Below, piece by piece: positions 27,101-43,100 of a stretch of DNA of 64,000 nt (its first letter is position 1; each line of letters begins with the position of its first letter). This DNA is from Balanoglossus misakiensis (Eukaryota; Animalia; Hemichordata): assembly GCA_040954595.2 (NCBI GenBank), contig CM082581.2, forward strand, positions 8,727,413-8,791,412, given 5' to 3'. Under the pieces are notes generated by a model. It saw only the letters and a program-made list of their open reading frames with translations, did no database searches and was not told the origin of the DNA. The position numbers and the translations under genes are program-made.

Positions 27101-30100
27101 TGTGACGAACACAAATTCTCATATAAACGTTTATCTTCCCGAATGAAGTTTAGAACTCCGACGCCGGGATAAATTATTTAGACTCGCGTAGCTGATGTGA
27201 AGTAAATAAATCTATATAATCTCCACCGCGACCTTTTTGTAACGTAGTGCCGCGCAGGTATCCGCTCATAAGACATGGTAATTCACTAGCTGTTACTTTT
27301 ATTACAATACTCGCTAACGCCTGTGACTGTAACTATTGGTTATTTTTTCGAGGGTTCTTGTGTTCTGTGTATCAACTACACATTTCTTTGTCTGCTTTCC
27401 ACAGCATACAAAACTACCCAATTGTTAATAGAATGAGTGTAAGTATGAGAAACATTCAATGCGTGGTCTACAGTGTAAATTCAACATTTTAACACGTGCA
27501 AAATGAGAAGCCATCACATCTAGTGTAATCAAAACGTATAGAAACCAACCAGTGTACACTTGTGTGGGTTTATACCGTGTACAAAACGAACTCACAAGTA
27601 ACTTCGATGTATTATCCATGTCCCCTGAAGACATGCGCAATGTATTCAGCGCAGTGAAGTGGCAGAATAAGACGTGACTGAGTGGCTTAGTTCGTTGACA
27701 TCTTTACAAGGTGATTTCGTTCCGTATATTCTGAAATCCTTGCAAAATAATAGGGCATGTACAAGATTAATCACGATCAAATGCGTGTAACCAATAAACG
27801 CATTCTACAGTACAGTTATCATGGTTATTCTGCGTGGTACTTCAATCCTGTCAATTAAAGAGTCAGCAAGTTGCTGGTACATGTCAAAATAGGTCCAAAC
27901 AACCCCCTAAATTTGAAAGCAAGTTCTTTTCCCTTACTGATGATCCACAACGACCAAAGACATCTAGTACTTTAAATCCCTCCCCGAACAACATTTTCTG
28001 TTCTACTTTCATCACTTTATAGGGAGTGTGCAGGTCGGTATTGTAGTTGATCACGATTTTGAAAGAACCGTGTATCCGTCGGGGGAAAATGACAACGACG
28101 TTTCATTTCCAATGAGTTCTTCAGTCGACAATAGCGCGGTGTACCCCCGATCTTTGGCCCTGCCTGTAGCGAAACTAATCGATTCTCTTTTTGGGTAATT
28201 TCAGGAGTTGATTGGACGCGAAATTAAATGTAAGCAAATCGGCAAACACGAACTACCAAGGGCAGAGGCGCGAATTGCATTGCTTTCTGTTTTCAGCCGA
28301 TGGCAGGATCGAGTTTAAATTGTATTTCTGGATCCACTCTGATTCACAGCATGCGGTGTGAAACTTTGGAGCCCAGCAGTATACTTTAGTGTGACTAAAC
28401 TTCTAATATGAATCTTGTTGCGTTAGTCTTCCTCAAGTAGAAGGTCGTACTTTTCAGTGTGATCATTTATTAACACGGCCTGACAAGCTTGAAGACCTTT
28501 ACTGCACCTTTTAAATGAAAAATGACGCAATTCAAGCCGACTATTAAAGTAATACTAGTCTTTAAGCACACTAAAGCACAGTGCGCGTTCCCATGGTCGT
28601 TATACGTTCTTAAAGGGGTAGTTCTCTGCACATAGATTCATGGACCTTTAAAAGTATGCGCGGATTGTGGAAAAAAATTGAAAAGCCAAGCTAGTTGAAG
28701 TTAAGGCACAGGCAAGTGGCAAAAACGCAACAAGGCATCGCTCTATCAGCGTAATCAAATTTCAACAACTCACGCAGCAGCCCGAAAGGGAGAGAGATTT
28801 GAAATATAAGACTATCTTCCGATGACTGTGTCGCCGGGGAATCGATACGTGAAGCTCTGCCGCTTCAGTCTGTAATTGGGTGCTCACACTCGGTTGCCTG
28901 TCGTCATTTCAACAACACCGCCGCAGATGCATTGTGTGGAGAGGGCTTTTCAAAAAACGCTCGAACGAGCGTGAAGGCTTTCGAAAACGAATACTAATTT
29001 GCCACTCGATTTGAGAAGCACGGGCCGCCGTCTTCCTCAAGGTCGCCTTCATTTCAAGAGACTTAGCTTTCCTCCTTTTCAGAATGTCTAGAAATACCCA
29101 GTTGATTACAATCGAGTAATATGTAGAAGGGAAAATTACCGGATCGAACGAATCTGGAAGTCTATTAATTTAGATCCCATCCGACTTTACCGGCCCTCAA
29201 CTTGATTAATAGAAAAATCATTGCCGTTTAATGTTTTATTTTTCTAATTGACCCTTCAACTTCTAAATTAGTCGCAAACGTAGATCTGTGGACGGTTCTT
29301 GAATATTTGATTTGGACAAATTTCGCTAGACGCTGAAAGATAACCACAGAGGCCAAATGTCAAAGCCGGTATACCTTGCAATATGATTACTTTCATCGGC
29401 GGCATTATTGCACGTCTCTGCCACAGGCTGGTGCCGGACTCCCCGGTAGCTATCATCCGTGTTCGTCGTCCATGTCTTCGATGATTACTATGTGTCTGCT
29501 AAGCTTATATACAATCCATGTAGAATAAGAAAACTCACGTCTTCTTCTAAATTGGGAGGCTTATTATCACTTGTAAAGTAAAATGGTCCAAAGATAAAGG
29601 AAGATGCCCACTCGGCAAATAAATATATGAAACCAATTTGACTCATATCTTCAATAATGAAAAAGAAATTAACATTTCTAACTTGTCATCCGTCATAACG
29701 TAAACGCAGGTTGAAATGTAAATTGACACACTGCCATAAAATGAACAAATATAACTGGGGCTATTTAAGTTACCGATATGCAACACAATAAAATTGACGA
29801 TACTCTAGGCTAAAATAGAAACTAGCATTTACTAAGAGAGACAGTGAATGAATCAGAATGACGTCCATACGAGGAGGCTACAGCAATATTAGACATGCAA
29901 AGACAAGTCTGCAAACTGCCATGCCAAACACGAAAAGGCGCCCAAGGCAAATATCCCGTGTTCTTTGCCCCCGCTCGATGTAAAATGAAATGATTATCTC
30001 TCTCAGCGTATAACTGGGCAGAATTATGTGATCGTGGCTTCATCCCGGAATATTGGTGGAGTTTCGAAGTCTTTCCACCGACCTACGCGAGTGTTGCTAA

Positions 30101-33100
30101 TACCAAACAGTTGTAACAGCTGCTTTTTAATTGATAGACAGAGTAGCATGCATATATGCAGCTTTGTGAAAAAGCCGCCGAGTCAATACTATATTCATAC
30201 GTGAGTAAAAGTTAATCTCGTATAAAAATGAGTACGTACGCCAACTCTAAATGTAAATTTCGGTAATCGAATATTTCTTTCTCGGAAACACCTTCCAACA
30301 TCGCCCATTACACATACATGATACACATTTACCACTTTCCGAGAATTATGTTTGAACCAAAAGACTTTGTTGACTGGAGCAAACATAGATTTGCTTGCAT
30401 TCTGGGCGTGAAATTCATACAAATTTGTAGGTCAGGATCACCTGAAATTTGGAAACAAATTCTTACCCGTTACTGACCCATATGACTTACCGCTCCGTGC
30501 GTCTTAGTGAACCACTCAGTTTAGGAGAAAAAACGATTAATAATAAAAGTAAAACATTTTTCTTCGAAAGTGGCCCTTCTTTTAATTGGCGATTACATAC
30601 CGTTTGCACATTTCACATGCGTCATTGTTGCAGCCATAAGACAGACTGGCATGTCGCATAGTTTTAATGAAGATACAATCAACTTGGAAAAAAGCTCTTA
30701 CCCCGGAAAAATTAACCAGCTGCTATAAAAATCCCTTACGGTGTCGTCAGCGAACTTCGACAACGGCGCGATATTGAGTGAATCGAGATCGTGGCCGGCA
30801 GCTGCATTATTCTAATTCAGACGAGTTCAGTCCACACACACACAGTAAATCCAATAAGAGGGAAAACCATTAGCGGAGAGGTTTTTTTTTACGCAGACTA
30901 AAAGAATTTTCATCAGCACAAACAGCAAAGCTATAAAATAACGTATATCCATGTCGCCAGATAATCAGCCCGAACTGTCAAAGGATACACGGGCCTGTTC
31001 AACACGTCAGCTTTGACATTGATAAGCGCGACGACAGGTTTTTTTCTATACGCAACTAAGTCTTTACGGGTAGATCGTTAAGGAAATTAGAAAGTGGCAT
31101 ATGGCTGAATAGGGTACAACGCGACGGTGCTTATCACACAAATAAGAGAATTAGCCTTTAGGTCCGAAGGTGTTCTATTAATTACCGATCGTTACAAATT
31201 TTCACCACGTCCAAATTACGGAACACGATTGCACTGTTTCAGCGCCAGACTCATTAGCGCCTGTGCCACTAATTATAATGAAGACAAGAACCGGAATATT
31301 AAGTCATTAAGCTCAAAAACGCTGAGAAAAGGTACACTTAGAATGACCAAACCTACGTGAAGTGCATTATTATGAAGAGCTGGAATATTCCGTGTCGCAT
31401 GCGCATTCATAACTTTTCATCAGTTTGGCATGGTTGTGTGCAGCTACATGTACATGTGCAAGTAGAATGTGTACATGTACATGTAACGCATTACCATTTT
31501 GGGCGACCAAAATAATGACGCTCAAACAACAGATCCATGCATGCTGCGTGCCCTTTATAACTGTTTCACCAAGTGCAGCCGCCCGCCATCTTTAATATCC
31601 TCACATTCTTGCATTTCTTTCTAACCTATACAGGCTTTCGCTGTACATGTATGGTCTATGCAGCAACATAGTTCCCTTGGGCGCCTTGTCGGTGAGTACA
31701 CAAACTTTGAAGTTGAAAAACAACCGATGCACTTATTATATATATACACACGATACAGACGGGGATCAAAGCCAGGGCATCCTTGGAACATTATTCACTA
31801 CCACAATTCAGCCGAGACCTGCCATTTTTCGACGGCCCTGATCGCCGATATCAAAAGATAAGGCGATCATCGCCCGGACGATTCCCATAGCGCATGCTCA
31901 ATTAAGAGCATAAGATTGAATATTCGATAGAGCCACATGTTAATAACCTTCTTTCGGCGCATCAGTTTTCCTCTGTGAATATGACCTCAGGTGCAGACTG
32001 TTAGGTCAGAAACATCAGGAATGTTTAACCTTGCCATTTGCCCCTCGCCTCGCGTAAAGACACACCAAAAAGCGTCCCTGAAAGGAAAAAGAGTGCATTC
32101 TTTCTCCGTGCAGAAAAACATCTCTTGGCGGGCCCATATTCGTTGCCGTTGGCACATCTATAGATATAAATAATATATACATTTTACCTTTGCACGGAAT
32201 TGTGTACGTGTATTGGGAAGCAAAGGGTCAGCTGTACTGTGCGTAACATACGCCGCTTTAAAAGGTCTCTACTCATCATCTACATCGGTTGCATTGAGCA
32301 ATGAATGAAGCCACAGAATAAAAATAACGCTATAATTATTGGTTGTAAAGGAACGTGGTTTATACGTACAAAGCCAGTTTGGAACTTGCTTATTGATGTA
32401 AAGTGCACTTAATGAGGTCCTTCCAAGATAAAGTTCCACCAGGATTTCACCTATAGAACTTTAGCTGACGAACCACGCAGAATAGACGTTCCGCCAGTGT
32501 CTATAACAGATGATGATTCACCGCATTCGTTTAAACAACTGTAAAGAGTTACGGTCAGAAGACACTTAGTGTTCTCAATTAACGCGACTCATAAAATTAG
32601 CAGAGAGACATATGGCTTGATAGGTTAATGTCATTATTTATAGCATCAATTTCAACGTCAATGGTTTTCCCAGCGAGGGAGAAGCACGCAAAGTCTGGCC
32701 ATCTGCTTCAAGTCACATATAGGAAGAGTAAAACGGATAATGACAATTAGCTCACTTTTGAAAATTGAATAACAACCAGGCTTACCCGACTTTGATAATT
32801 TTTCTTTACATTGTCATGCCTTGATAGCGTCATCACTGTGGAGATGGGAATAAACCTTTATATGACGGAAAATAAGAGTTCGAGATAAAATCGCGACGTT
32901 TATCGCCGTTGAATGCCGTTCATTATCGGGATTGATGACTAATCAACAAAAGTGTTCTAATAAAGACGCGTTCAATCAAACGAAATAATTCGACGAGACA
33001 AACATCATTCTAGTTCTAGTCGATCTCTCAATTCCTTAATTCAATCACTTGATCCCAGAACGTAGTTGCAGAAAGTGGTGCATTATGTTATTGGTTATGC

Positions 33101-34947
33101 GCGGCCTCGTCTCTGCACGTAATTAGTTTATAAATACTACATTGTGCTTCAGATTAAAGATTAAAATTTGGCGATGAGGTCAAGAGGTCACGGATCGAGG
33201 GACTACAAATGTATGCTTCCGGTCTAGATCCGGGTACTCTCCACAATCTAGTCCGCCACCCGAAACCAAATATACAAATGAAGCCAGGAATGAAGCATAG
33301 AGAGGATCATATCACCCGAAATCAAGACAACCCCATAGCACAAGATAAGCTATCAGCGACTTTATAGACCACCTACGCTAATTATTTATTCATAAATTTC
33401 CGTTGGAGTTACGCTATAAAGTTAGAGGGTACAGCAAGCTTAAATGTTTCATGAGACGCTTTGCTCAGGCGGGGCAGTATGTATCCATGCGCGTTCCCCG
33501 GGTATTGGGAAAAGATGGCGTTTTTGTTTTGCCACGACTCGACATACCCCAATCTCTCCACTAGCAAACAATGGAGAAAAAACTATTGTGTTCTCAAGTT
33601 GTGGCAAGCGCTTGCTTGTACACCTGCCGGGAACCAGCTATGATTTTATGGGGGAATCAATCAAATAGTTATAAGAACCAGTACCTTGTCATCATGCGCA
33701 AACTGGATGCCAAATTTTTCAAAACCGATGAATATATCTCCTCCACAAAGAATGTTGAAACTTAACCTGTGGTATTCCATCTTAATTATTTTTTCTGTTC
33801 ATCAATCAAATACTGAATGCAATACTGCAGCTGTTATTGGCAGCCTTGTCTGCAGACACAACGACATACTTACCATGTTATGCATCTATAGGCATTCGCG
33901 CACTAAATGATCTCCAAATTCACTGTGTAGTGTTTATGACATCTTTCATGTACATGTATGTAGGACAAAGACGTAAAACGCGCGATTTAACTTTATCTCC
34001 GAATGCTCATCCAGTCCGAGGTGTGTCTCCCGCTGCGTTAAGTCTTCAAATTGCCATGTGGTGGCGCACTTTTTTCGCGTGGCCATCCAAGTGAAAGTCT
34101 TTGGTCGGCTCTTCATACATCTAAATTTGCATAGCCTATCATCATGCACCTAATTGAGAATTCCTAATTCTTGGATAAATGTAACGGATAAATGTAACCT
34201 TTACGACAATGACCATATTTCTGTTGTTGCCCAAGGTAAACCTTCGTAGATTTGATATGAAAACGCATTGGTTAATTTATACCTTACATGGTGCGATACT
34301 GGAAGTGTATTGCACACATATCTGTGTTTCCACACACCACAGGCATTTTATGGAGCTTGTTAAGATATCGAGTTCATTCGCTTTCTAGTAATGCAATTTA
34401 ATTATAGTACTACGGTCGGAAATGAAAGAAAAGAAGACGTGTTCAAGATGCCAAACGTTCGCCTTCAGATGGAGGGCTTTTTGACGAATACCGCGAATTG
34501 TTATTCGTAACCATTGGCAACGCATCCAACCCATCGCATTGTATTCAAAGCAGGCCCACTGACAATTTCCTGAAATGCCTTCTTTGAGAGCGCGCACACC
34601 CTTAACGAGTGTAGCATGTTCGTCGAAGTACATACGTGTCTGTGGATAAGGTCTTCTTCTTTGAGAAAGCGAATTACCGACGAAAGTGGCGCCTCTATAC
34701 TAACGTTTAGGGATCAATATTCCGAGAGGGATAAAGTCATTTGCAAAGATCACGATTTTGCAATTACTGCAATACGCGCAAAGTATTTGTTCACAAATGA
34801 ATGCTTCATGCCGTGCTACCTCTAATGGGCAGCGATGTCAAACCAATTTACGATACAACGCCTAAATATCTTGTCATGTATTGACGGAAACAATCTCGGA
34901 AAATAGACCGCATTCCATGAATGCAGAACGCATATAATTCAAGAAAG

Positions 34948-35027
34948 AAATTGCACCAGTCTTGGTACGTCAAGATTTATATTTACAAATTGCACCAATC
35001 TTGGTACGTCGAGATTTGGACTTACAA
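34948..35027. repeat. Tandem duplication, 2 x 39 bp
   Basis: AAATTGCACCAGTCTTGGTACGTCAAGATTTATATTTAC followed by AAATTGCACCAATCTTGGTACGTCGAGATTTGGACTTAC. Confidence 0.85.
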
Positions 35028-38000
35028 AAGTTTACAGTAATTACCTTCGAACGGCATCAATTTTGCTATTAGGCCAAACGTAGCATGCTTTTTGGAAAAC
35101 ACATCTTGTACACTTACACATGTTTGCGATTACCTGGCAACTTTATGATCAAACCCACTTACTTAAGCTTTTTAGTACGCAATTTGCTTGTTGACGTCTT
35201 ACACAAGAAAATATTCAGCTGGTGGTTACATGACGTCAGATCGTCTCCCTCCTGTAGTTGTAGATGTCCATCGGTTGCACCGTGTCTAATTTTGAAAGGG
35301 GTTACGCGGAGCGAATACTGTGCATGTGCAAGTACTTTATTTTTCCAGATCCATGCTCCAAATCGAGGTCATTTTACGGGGTCATTCACAGACGACATAT
35401 GAGGTATTTACAATGTCTCCGTGTGGTTTATGTGCAAATGAAATGTTTTGTGAAACACCCGTTTATTTTTAAAAGAATATCCCAAAACGGAAGTAAAATT
35501 GAGTACATGTACATGTATCTGGGGCTGAATACTATTATATATGATGATGAACCTGTTGTATCCTAATTCACCTTTGGGTCCACTTGTAACCTTTTGGTAA
35601 ATGTCACCTTGGGGTATGACAAATATAAGTCGCGCGTTGACATTCATGTGTCAGCTGTATCAGGTGTGAGGATCTATAGGTGTGTGTACATTGTATGTCT
35701 TTTATGACCGACGAGTCTTCAACCTCATTATGCCCACCGCATATAAAGAACTCCTAGGCGAACAGATTAAGACCGAGCCACTTGCAATGAAAAGGAGACT
35801 TATAAGGGTGCCTCTCGGTCAGGCGTCAATGACCCCAAAACGTTAAACAGACATGCATTTGACATTGGCATTAAAAGTCCGTTTGCCTCGACCTCTTGAG
35901 TATTTAGGTTGAGACGTTTACCCGCAGCAACGAACTGAGAAATTGCCCCAGCCGAATTGCGCGCGCTCGATGGTTTGACTACCTAGAGTTGAATGCGGAA
36001 CGAGACGCCATTTGCTGACGATGATGCTGCTGATGCATGATGGATCACATCCGTTCGAAGTCTACGAAAATTATTGACGTGATTTCCGGTCACGTGATCT
36101 GGCAGGAAAGGCTATTGTCGATGTATTCGGCGGTGTACCCGTTAATTGCAAGTTTATTAAGTAACAGCATAAAGGTCGTGCTGTGGTGGGGTCTTCGAAA
36201 TTCGAAGTAAACATTTCCTGTTAACAGAGATGGTAAACGTCCTTGTGTCTCGTACCTGTCGGCAGTCGTGCGCTCGGGGCAACGATATTTCCATACTCTT
36301 GGGCACTGTATAGGGCAAACTATGTCAAATTGTGATACATATTTCATTCATTATAGATGAAGACCATTTGAAATTGTGAAATATCATGCAGCATTTCTCT
36401 AAAATTGTCCAAGCCTTGAGCTGTAAATATAGTCGATTCGCAACGCCTACAATGTATAAGCCTACGTCATATCCGGCGACATTTTTGTGTGTTGATTGAG
36501 GACAGAAACAAGCAAAGTGACGGTCGTAAACACATCGGCGAGAACCAAAATAATCCCTCCTGTAATATTCTGAAGACATTTCCAGTGTTAGTTGCTTTGC
36601 TTGTTATTTAAATTGGCGCAATGAATAATTCATAACGGTACATTTAGATTCTGAGTCTGAGTCTTCGGGTCCCTCAATAATAAATAGAATGGATTAAAGT
36701 CTCTGCATAATGTTTGCATCTTACTAACCGAGATAAAATCCCACCCAGTCTTATATGAGTTATATTTCGAATTCCCGTCATTAGGCGTTACTGCCTTTGA
36801 AAACATTATTAATTCAATAACTGGCGATGTATTTGGATCCATCTTATTCAAGCGTTGACGTGTATATTATTGAAATGTACCGTCATATCATATCCACCGA
36901 TCACGTGACAAAGGACGCAGAGAAAACTATATAGGCGAAGTGTATACTGGTGGATTGTTTTGGCCCACAAATAGTTTGAGACTCTGGCACGGGTACTTTG
37001 CATGCAAATACAGTTCTCGCGTGATTTAATGAACATTCGTAACCGTTAACTTGAGACCACAGCCCATACTCGCCGCTGGCAGCGATTATGACTGCGCTTG
37101 GCATAAGTTACTTAAAAGATCCAAGTTGTATATGTTGGCCAGAGTGTTTGTTAACTTGCTTGTGGCCACACTTCGGTTACGTATCGGCCTGTTACATGAG
37201 TGTCCTTTGATTTCAAATCACCGTATCGAAAAAAATACTAATTTGGGCTTTAAAGTGAACATGCGGGGGAGATATTTATTGGGTTACAGCATCCGTGTAA
37301 CGTGAGCGCGGGTATCCGGGAAAGAACGAGGATCATTTGCAATCTCCATTAGCGGCTCTTACCCGACCATCTGGCTGATTCCGTAATCTGTGCATTGATA
37401 CAAAAACAAGAACAGTAATCTTTGAAATACAATTCGTTGGCAACACCCAGTTGAAGCCATTTGATTCAAACACAAACACTTTGGAATGTAATCTTTCTCG
37501 GAAATTACCCAGACTGTCTCCAACGTCTTCGAACACATCCTCTTTGGATGTATTTTGTTTCGTTTCATTATGAAAGCTTGTGCGGTCCACCTTGCTATTG
37601 TGCAAACCTAAATCACAGAAAACCTTGGCTGCATGTGTTTGTATGTGGCTGCATGTCAGTGTCTTTCGAACACAGACACGTTGATGTCTCAGGTTGCTAT
37701 ACAATGATCACCTCTATGTTGTGAGCTGTACCGTTGGAATTTGATCACCCTTCTGATATAAGATCCGACCAAGTTCATTTTGCAGCTGCCTCATCTTTAT
37801 GCTCTAGGACTGTGGGCATATTGAAACCGAGTGGGCAGAGAGGTTCTGTAGGCCGTGACAATTAGATTATATGCAGATTACATTAAGCAAGCATGCACGA
37901 TTGAAAACAAAATTTCGGCGTGATGGGCCGTGGATGTTAATATCCACCGCATTTTCGCACTTTCCAACTTTTTCTTAGAAGTTGGAGACTGGGTTCGAGG

Positions 38001-38356
38001 TCAGACGCGATGAATTTCGATGGCCTCGCATACATACCTATAGATGCTACAAAAATTGTGAACGCGACCCAATGACGGTGTGTGTACGATGCAAGCACCC
38101 AAACATTTATCAAAAGAAATGAAAGCTTATATTTCAAGTGAAAAGTGTAAGAAAATCATGAAAATAATACGGCGACGATCTATTTTTAACCACATCGTGA
38201 TTTTGCGCTGTCTGCATGCGGTGCGAAGTCGCCTTCGAGTGAAATTGTGCGTATGTTTTCAAGACGAGTACCAAGATTGTATCATTTTCAGGTTTCAAGT
38301 TGTCATTCATGCGGCATTAGCGGCAGCTTGAATGAGAGTGTCGGTTTACTTTCAGA

Positions 38357-38482
38357 GCGAAAGTTTGTCGTCGTCGTCATGGCGACTCTTGAGATGAAAT
38401 GTTCTCCCGACAAGACGCGCGAAAGTTTGTCATCATCGTCATGGCAACTCTCGGGATGAAATGTTTTCCTGACAAGACGCGC
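38357..38482. repeat. Tandem duplication, 2 x 62 bp
   Basis: GCGAAAGTTTGTCGTCGTCGTCATGGCGACTCTTGAGATGAAATGTTCTCCCGACAAGACGC is repeated from 38419 with a few transition differences. Confidence 0.9.
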
Positions 38483-40137
38483 CTCACCTATGACCTGTTG
38501 AAACGCTCTTTTTTCTTCGATGTACATTTTCCTCGGCGTCGAGATTTTTTCTGGATAATTTTATTATGATTACGTGTACATATTTCGGTTTGATGTACCT
38601 GGATCAAAATGCAATTGTTGTGTTATATATTCGAGTAGAGCGTTTTGGTCCTCAAAGAAACAAGCGTACCAATGTATTAGAAACCAAACAAAAATGTACT
38701 GAGAAATGGCCACATACATAACATGTATCAAAATGGATGTTAGGTGGCCATATTGGGTCGCATCGCAAAACAACCTGACAACCTCTTTACATTACTTGCC
38801 AAAGATCCCGCTAGCCAAATCTAATTTTCTAAACTTGCCTACATGATCAGTTTCATCGCCGTTATTGGAATCTTATGATACAATTTATGTACACGACACG
38901 TGCAGTCAATTCATTTTGTCACCGGGACAAGCGAGTGCAAAACATATCGCTAACCTTCTTCTATTTTTGTAATCTTTGCCCGTTGGCTATTTTTAATAGG
39001 GTATCAGACTGGAAACGTTTTCCCTGAAATCTCGCAACCCCCTCGGGCCAGATGGTTAAATCCTCCCTGTCGCCAAAATGCAACGTTTAGAGCAGACACT
39101 TCGCCCACTGCAACCGAGGTCTTTCCAGGTGACTGCAGATAGCTTATTCCGGCGTGAACGTGACTTCGCCGCTGAAGTAATTACGCTAAAAAACAACGTG
39201 ACACGAGTATCGAACGAACAGACATCCGATAATATAATCTAATATATGTAACATTGGGGGCCAGTATGTATCGCCCTCCCAGCGCCAGCTATATCATACA
39301 TTAACAAAGTAAATGCAAAGATTTACGAAACACCTGGGAAAGTAACCAGTAATCGATCAGTAAATATCGATCAAATGTCTTGCTCACAAAATAGCCACAA
39401 AATTTAATGGCGGGCATGGAAAGCTAATTTTCTTTATTTTACCAAACAGAACGCTCATAAGTGACTCGATCACACTATAAACGCTCCAACCGAGATGACG
39501 CATTGCAGTATACATGTACCTATGTCATTAAGAATGCCTTTGCTCTGATGCATATTAGAGCAACTGGTGCAAAAAGCGACATGATTAAGTTTCCGATTAT
39601 TCACCAAGACGTTTAATAGATCCGAAGTTCAATTTCCTTGGCGTATTAGCCAGCAACACGTTTGTTTTGAATTGCTTTTGTGACAAACTGCAGCGACCCT
39701 CGCAACACGCTAAAACCCCCAGGTATCGCAACCTCGTGTCCATACGGCGATTTATCAAACTCGGAGCTGCCACGTGTGTAGCAAAGTGGAAAATTGTCAA
39801 CCGAGTCTGTTGACAGATATATTCACCAGTGACGCTAAGAAAAAATCTGCTGACATTTATTTTGACCAGGAGGCACACGCATGGATGGAACATCCAATAT
39901 CGCCGCGGTCGCTTTCTGATCCCACTTGATTACATACCAAATTTAATTAACCCGAAACGGTCACCCCAAATTCACGCACCACTGGTGTCCCGCGCGTACT
40001 TTGGCATTTCTCCCACGAGGCCAGGCCGAAATCGACTCGAGGGAAGGTTTTCAGCAAACAAAAAATAATTTCTAATTTCCCATGCTTTTTTTTACATGAC
40101 TGCCTCCGAGTGGCTCTTCAGAAAAATTGTCAAATTA

Positions 40138-40154
40138 ATATATATATATATATA
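40138..40154. repeat. (AT)n microsatellite
   Basis: Directly visible. Confidence 0.85.
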
Positions 40155-43100
40155 GGTCATTGTACTTATCACTAGATGTACATCCGTTTGTCATCACGCT
40201 TGAAGAGGGACGTATGTGCAAGCCAAAATTGTATTCCTTGGGTGCATCCGGAGACATGGTTGCCAGCGTAACCTCATAAAGAAAAATATGGACGTTACAA
40301 GACTCTGTATATAAAAATACAAAAGGCAATATGCCATACTGACTTTACTGCAATTTCAACAAAGCGCTCCAGTACAAAGTACAACCGTTTCGAAGAAAAA
40401 ACGTCTTGCTGACATGTCTTGAGAATTTTTGGTAAAAAGGTGACATTGTCAGTCGTTTCCACTACACTTAACACGACATATAACAAATTTATCGAATGTA
40501 CTATAAAGTTACTTCAAAAGAAAAGAAATGGCATTTTTAGGTTACATGTACCTAGATTTTTGGCCTATTTATATTATAAATGTCCATATTTTTTCTAATA
40601 ACGCGGTTAAGTCGGGCGTTTGACAAAGAAGGGGGACTTGTCCACAACGAAGGCTTTCGCTGTTTCATTCAGGTTCATTTCTGATGTCTTTACAAAAAAA
40701 ACAAAATCTAGATTCAGGGAATAACTCCAAAGCATTTACATAGAATAAACGCCAAAATAGTCATTTGCTGAATATTGAGATGTTTTTCTCTGATCGACTT
40801 AGTTTCTTTTCCACCAGGCGTTGCGACAAAAGGGATTGTCGCGATTTTACCATTATCAATTTCCCGCACCTTTACAATATATTGTGATGTAGACACTTTC
40901 CCCATGTTATTTGCTATGCAATGATTAGGTCTCCGAGTTATTCCTGGGAGCGTCTTTTGTCTCGGGTTAAGCGCATTTGTGGCATAAACACGAATTGATA
41001 AACATGTGGTTTATTTCTCGGAAAAAGACTTATCTCGGAGCTCCATCTGTAAAATACATGACTGCATGACGTCGAGATTTACGTATATGTATGGTTGATG
41101 CCACAGGGGAGTTAGGATGACCCATATTTTTTAAGGAAAGAGTCGTCATCGAGAAATCTCTTCATCTTTCTGTTATGGATTAAAGTATGTCTAATCTTCT
41201 GTTGTTTGCAGATTGCCCGGACAGTGTTATCGGATCGTGTAAATACCCATCTGTACTGACAAAGATCACAAGGTAACAGATAGATAAGGTTGGTTCCGAC
41301 TTTGTATACCATTTGCGTGATGTCATGCCTGTTGTTTTCGAGAGATGATAAGATTATACAAGATTCCACAGGGAAAATATGAGGAAAAGCTTTAACACAA
41401 ACACAGTCATCAATTATACAACTATTGGGCGGCTGCAAGAACCAGTACAAATGATGGACCATTTAGTTTCTTGTATGCTTTTGACACATTCTCCCTTTGG
41501 GGGTCCTTTTTGCGACGTTAACACGTGGTGTCCAGTCGGTCTCTCTTGCTCAGTTGTTACTGACGCCACAGAATGGACAAATAATTACGGCCATTAAATA
41601 ATACCCCTTTTACCCCGGTTTAAGCTGAATCTGAACAACTCGCTGCGGTGGTTACTGCCACAAGTCAAGTTGCATTCATGTCCCAGTCGCCAAAGCGGGC
41701 AACAATGGTAGCTCAGGACCAATTTTAAACGCTTTATATACTGTTAGCGTCTGTTGTTGTGATACGAAACTGCAATCACGCTATAAGTGCGCACCTTCGC
41801 GCAATACTTCTCCACCCTATGAAATGAATGGTATAATCCGGAAGCAATTAAGCGATTTTGTCATAGCAGAGAGATCTCTTTGGTTACGATTGCGCCAGTC
41901 ATGAGCTATAATAGATGCAACCAACAAAACAGGAGCTTGAGAACGAACGACCTGTGCGAATGACAGCTCGGGAAACGGTTGTTAACAACGAGACACTTCT
42001 TTCAAGCGTTTCAAGCACCTTCGTCTAACAGATCAAGAATCCTGTATTTAGCTTGAAGGTCTTTCTCAAGTATCCTTTCCTGTACAATTAGAACGGCGCA
42101 ATTCATTTGCAAATGACGTCAACACGTTACAATGTACTGTGTTCGTTGATAAACAGGGCTCAGCTTCATTTTGATCGACTCAGGGAAGATGATCACCCGG
42201 AGGCCATCGAGCCTCTGTGCAATATCCATTTTACCGATGAAAAAGAGACAATGAACTTGTATTGGATACCTGTTTATTGCAAAACTATTGCGTGAGTTCA
42301 GTTTTTCTACGACCTCATATCGTTACGAACTGTTATCGCCAACGCAAGGATCGAGTGCATGTAAACACATAGCAAAGCCTGTTGTTGTTTTTCGAAGGAA
42401 ATGTGGAATATGCAGGTGGAACTGATGGGGACTTAGGGACTTTTTTGCGTTGGTGGTTGAGGCACAAGTCTTTTCTCTCAGTCGTTGATGCATACAGTAG
42501 GAACATATGACACATATTGTGAATTAAAAACTCAGAATGGGGGAGGGGATTTCGCCGAGAGACGTTGACCTTTGCTTGTTTTGTGCGTAATGTACTGTAT
42601 ACATAAAGAGTTTAGGATTTGCCAGGCTACAGGTATATGCTGTACTGTAGTAACGTCAACTAATCCGTCAGAAACAAAAATAAAATCTAGTCTTACGCAA
42701 ACTTGGGAAGCACACGTACTGTTGACTAATCTACGCGGCAGTAAATCCGAAAAACCCCGAGAGAACTCTTCCTCGTCACGCCAGCAAAAATTACGATGTG
42801 TTTTTGATGACAGGGAACATCCGCCTGTGGGAAGATCTCCGTGTGTGCTTGGGTCCACGAGCAGTTGGTGTGATAATGGGATATGGGAGTTGTCATTACC
42901 AATAAATTACAGCGTGTTTTTTTCTCTCTCGTCCCAGTGAAGTACTCAAATTGTGCCAAATGCGAAAAATACGTGCTTAACTTGAAGCAACGTGACAAGA
43001 ATAAGAGTTCACACTAAATGATTTCTTAACAAAATGAAGAGCGTTACGTGTTCTTTATACGGCGGTGCGATAACATTTTATCAGAAGTGCAATTCTTTTG

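Noticed and set aside
27680-27700. TGGCTTAGTTCG resembling a tRNA/SINE A-box
   Set aside because: No B-box or cloverleaf downstream. I found no tRNA anywhere in the window.
28610-28651. TTAAAGG...CCTTTAA mini-element
   Set aside because: Only 7 bp of inverted match around 28 bp of non-complementary sequence. It cannot be distinguished from chance.
38357-38482. Direct repeats considered as a CRISPR-like array (also 34948-35027 and 15104-15163)
   Set aside because: Each has only two copies with no series of unique spacers, there are no cas genes, and the context is eukaryotic. They are simple tandem duplications.
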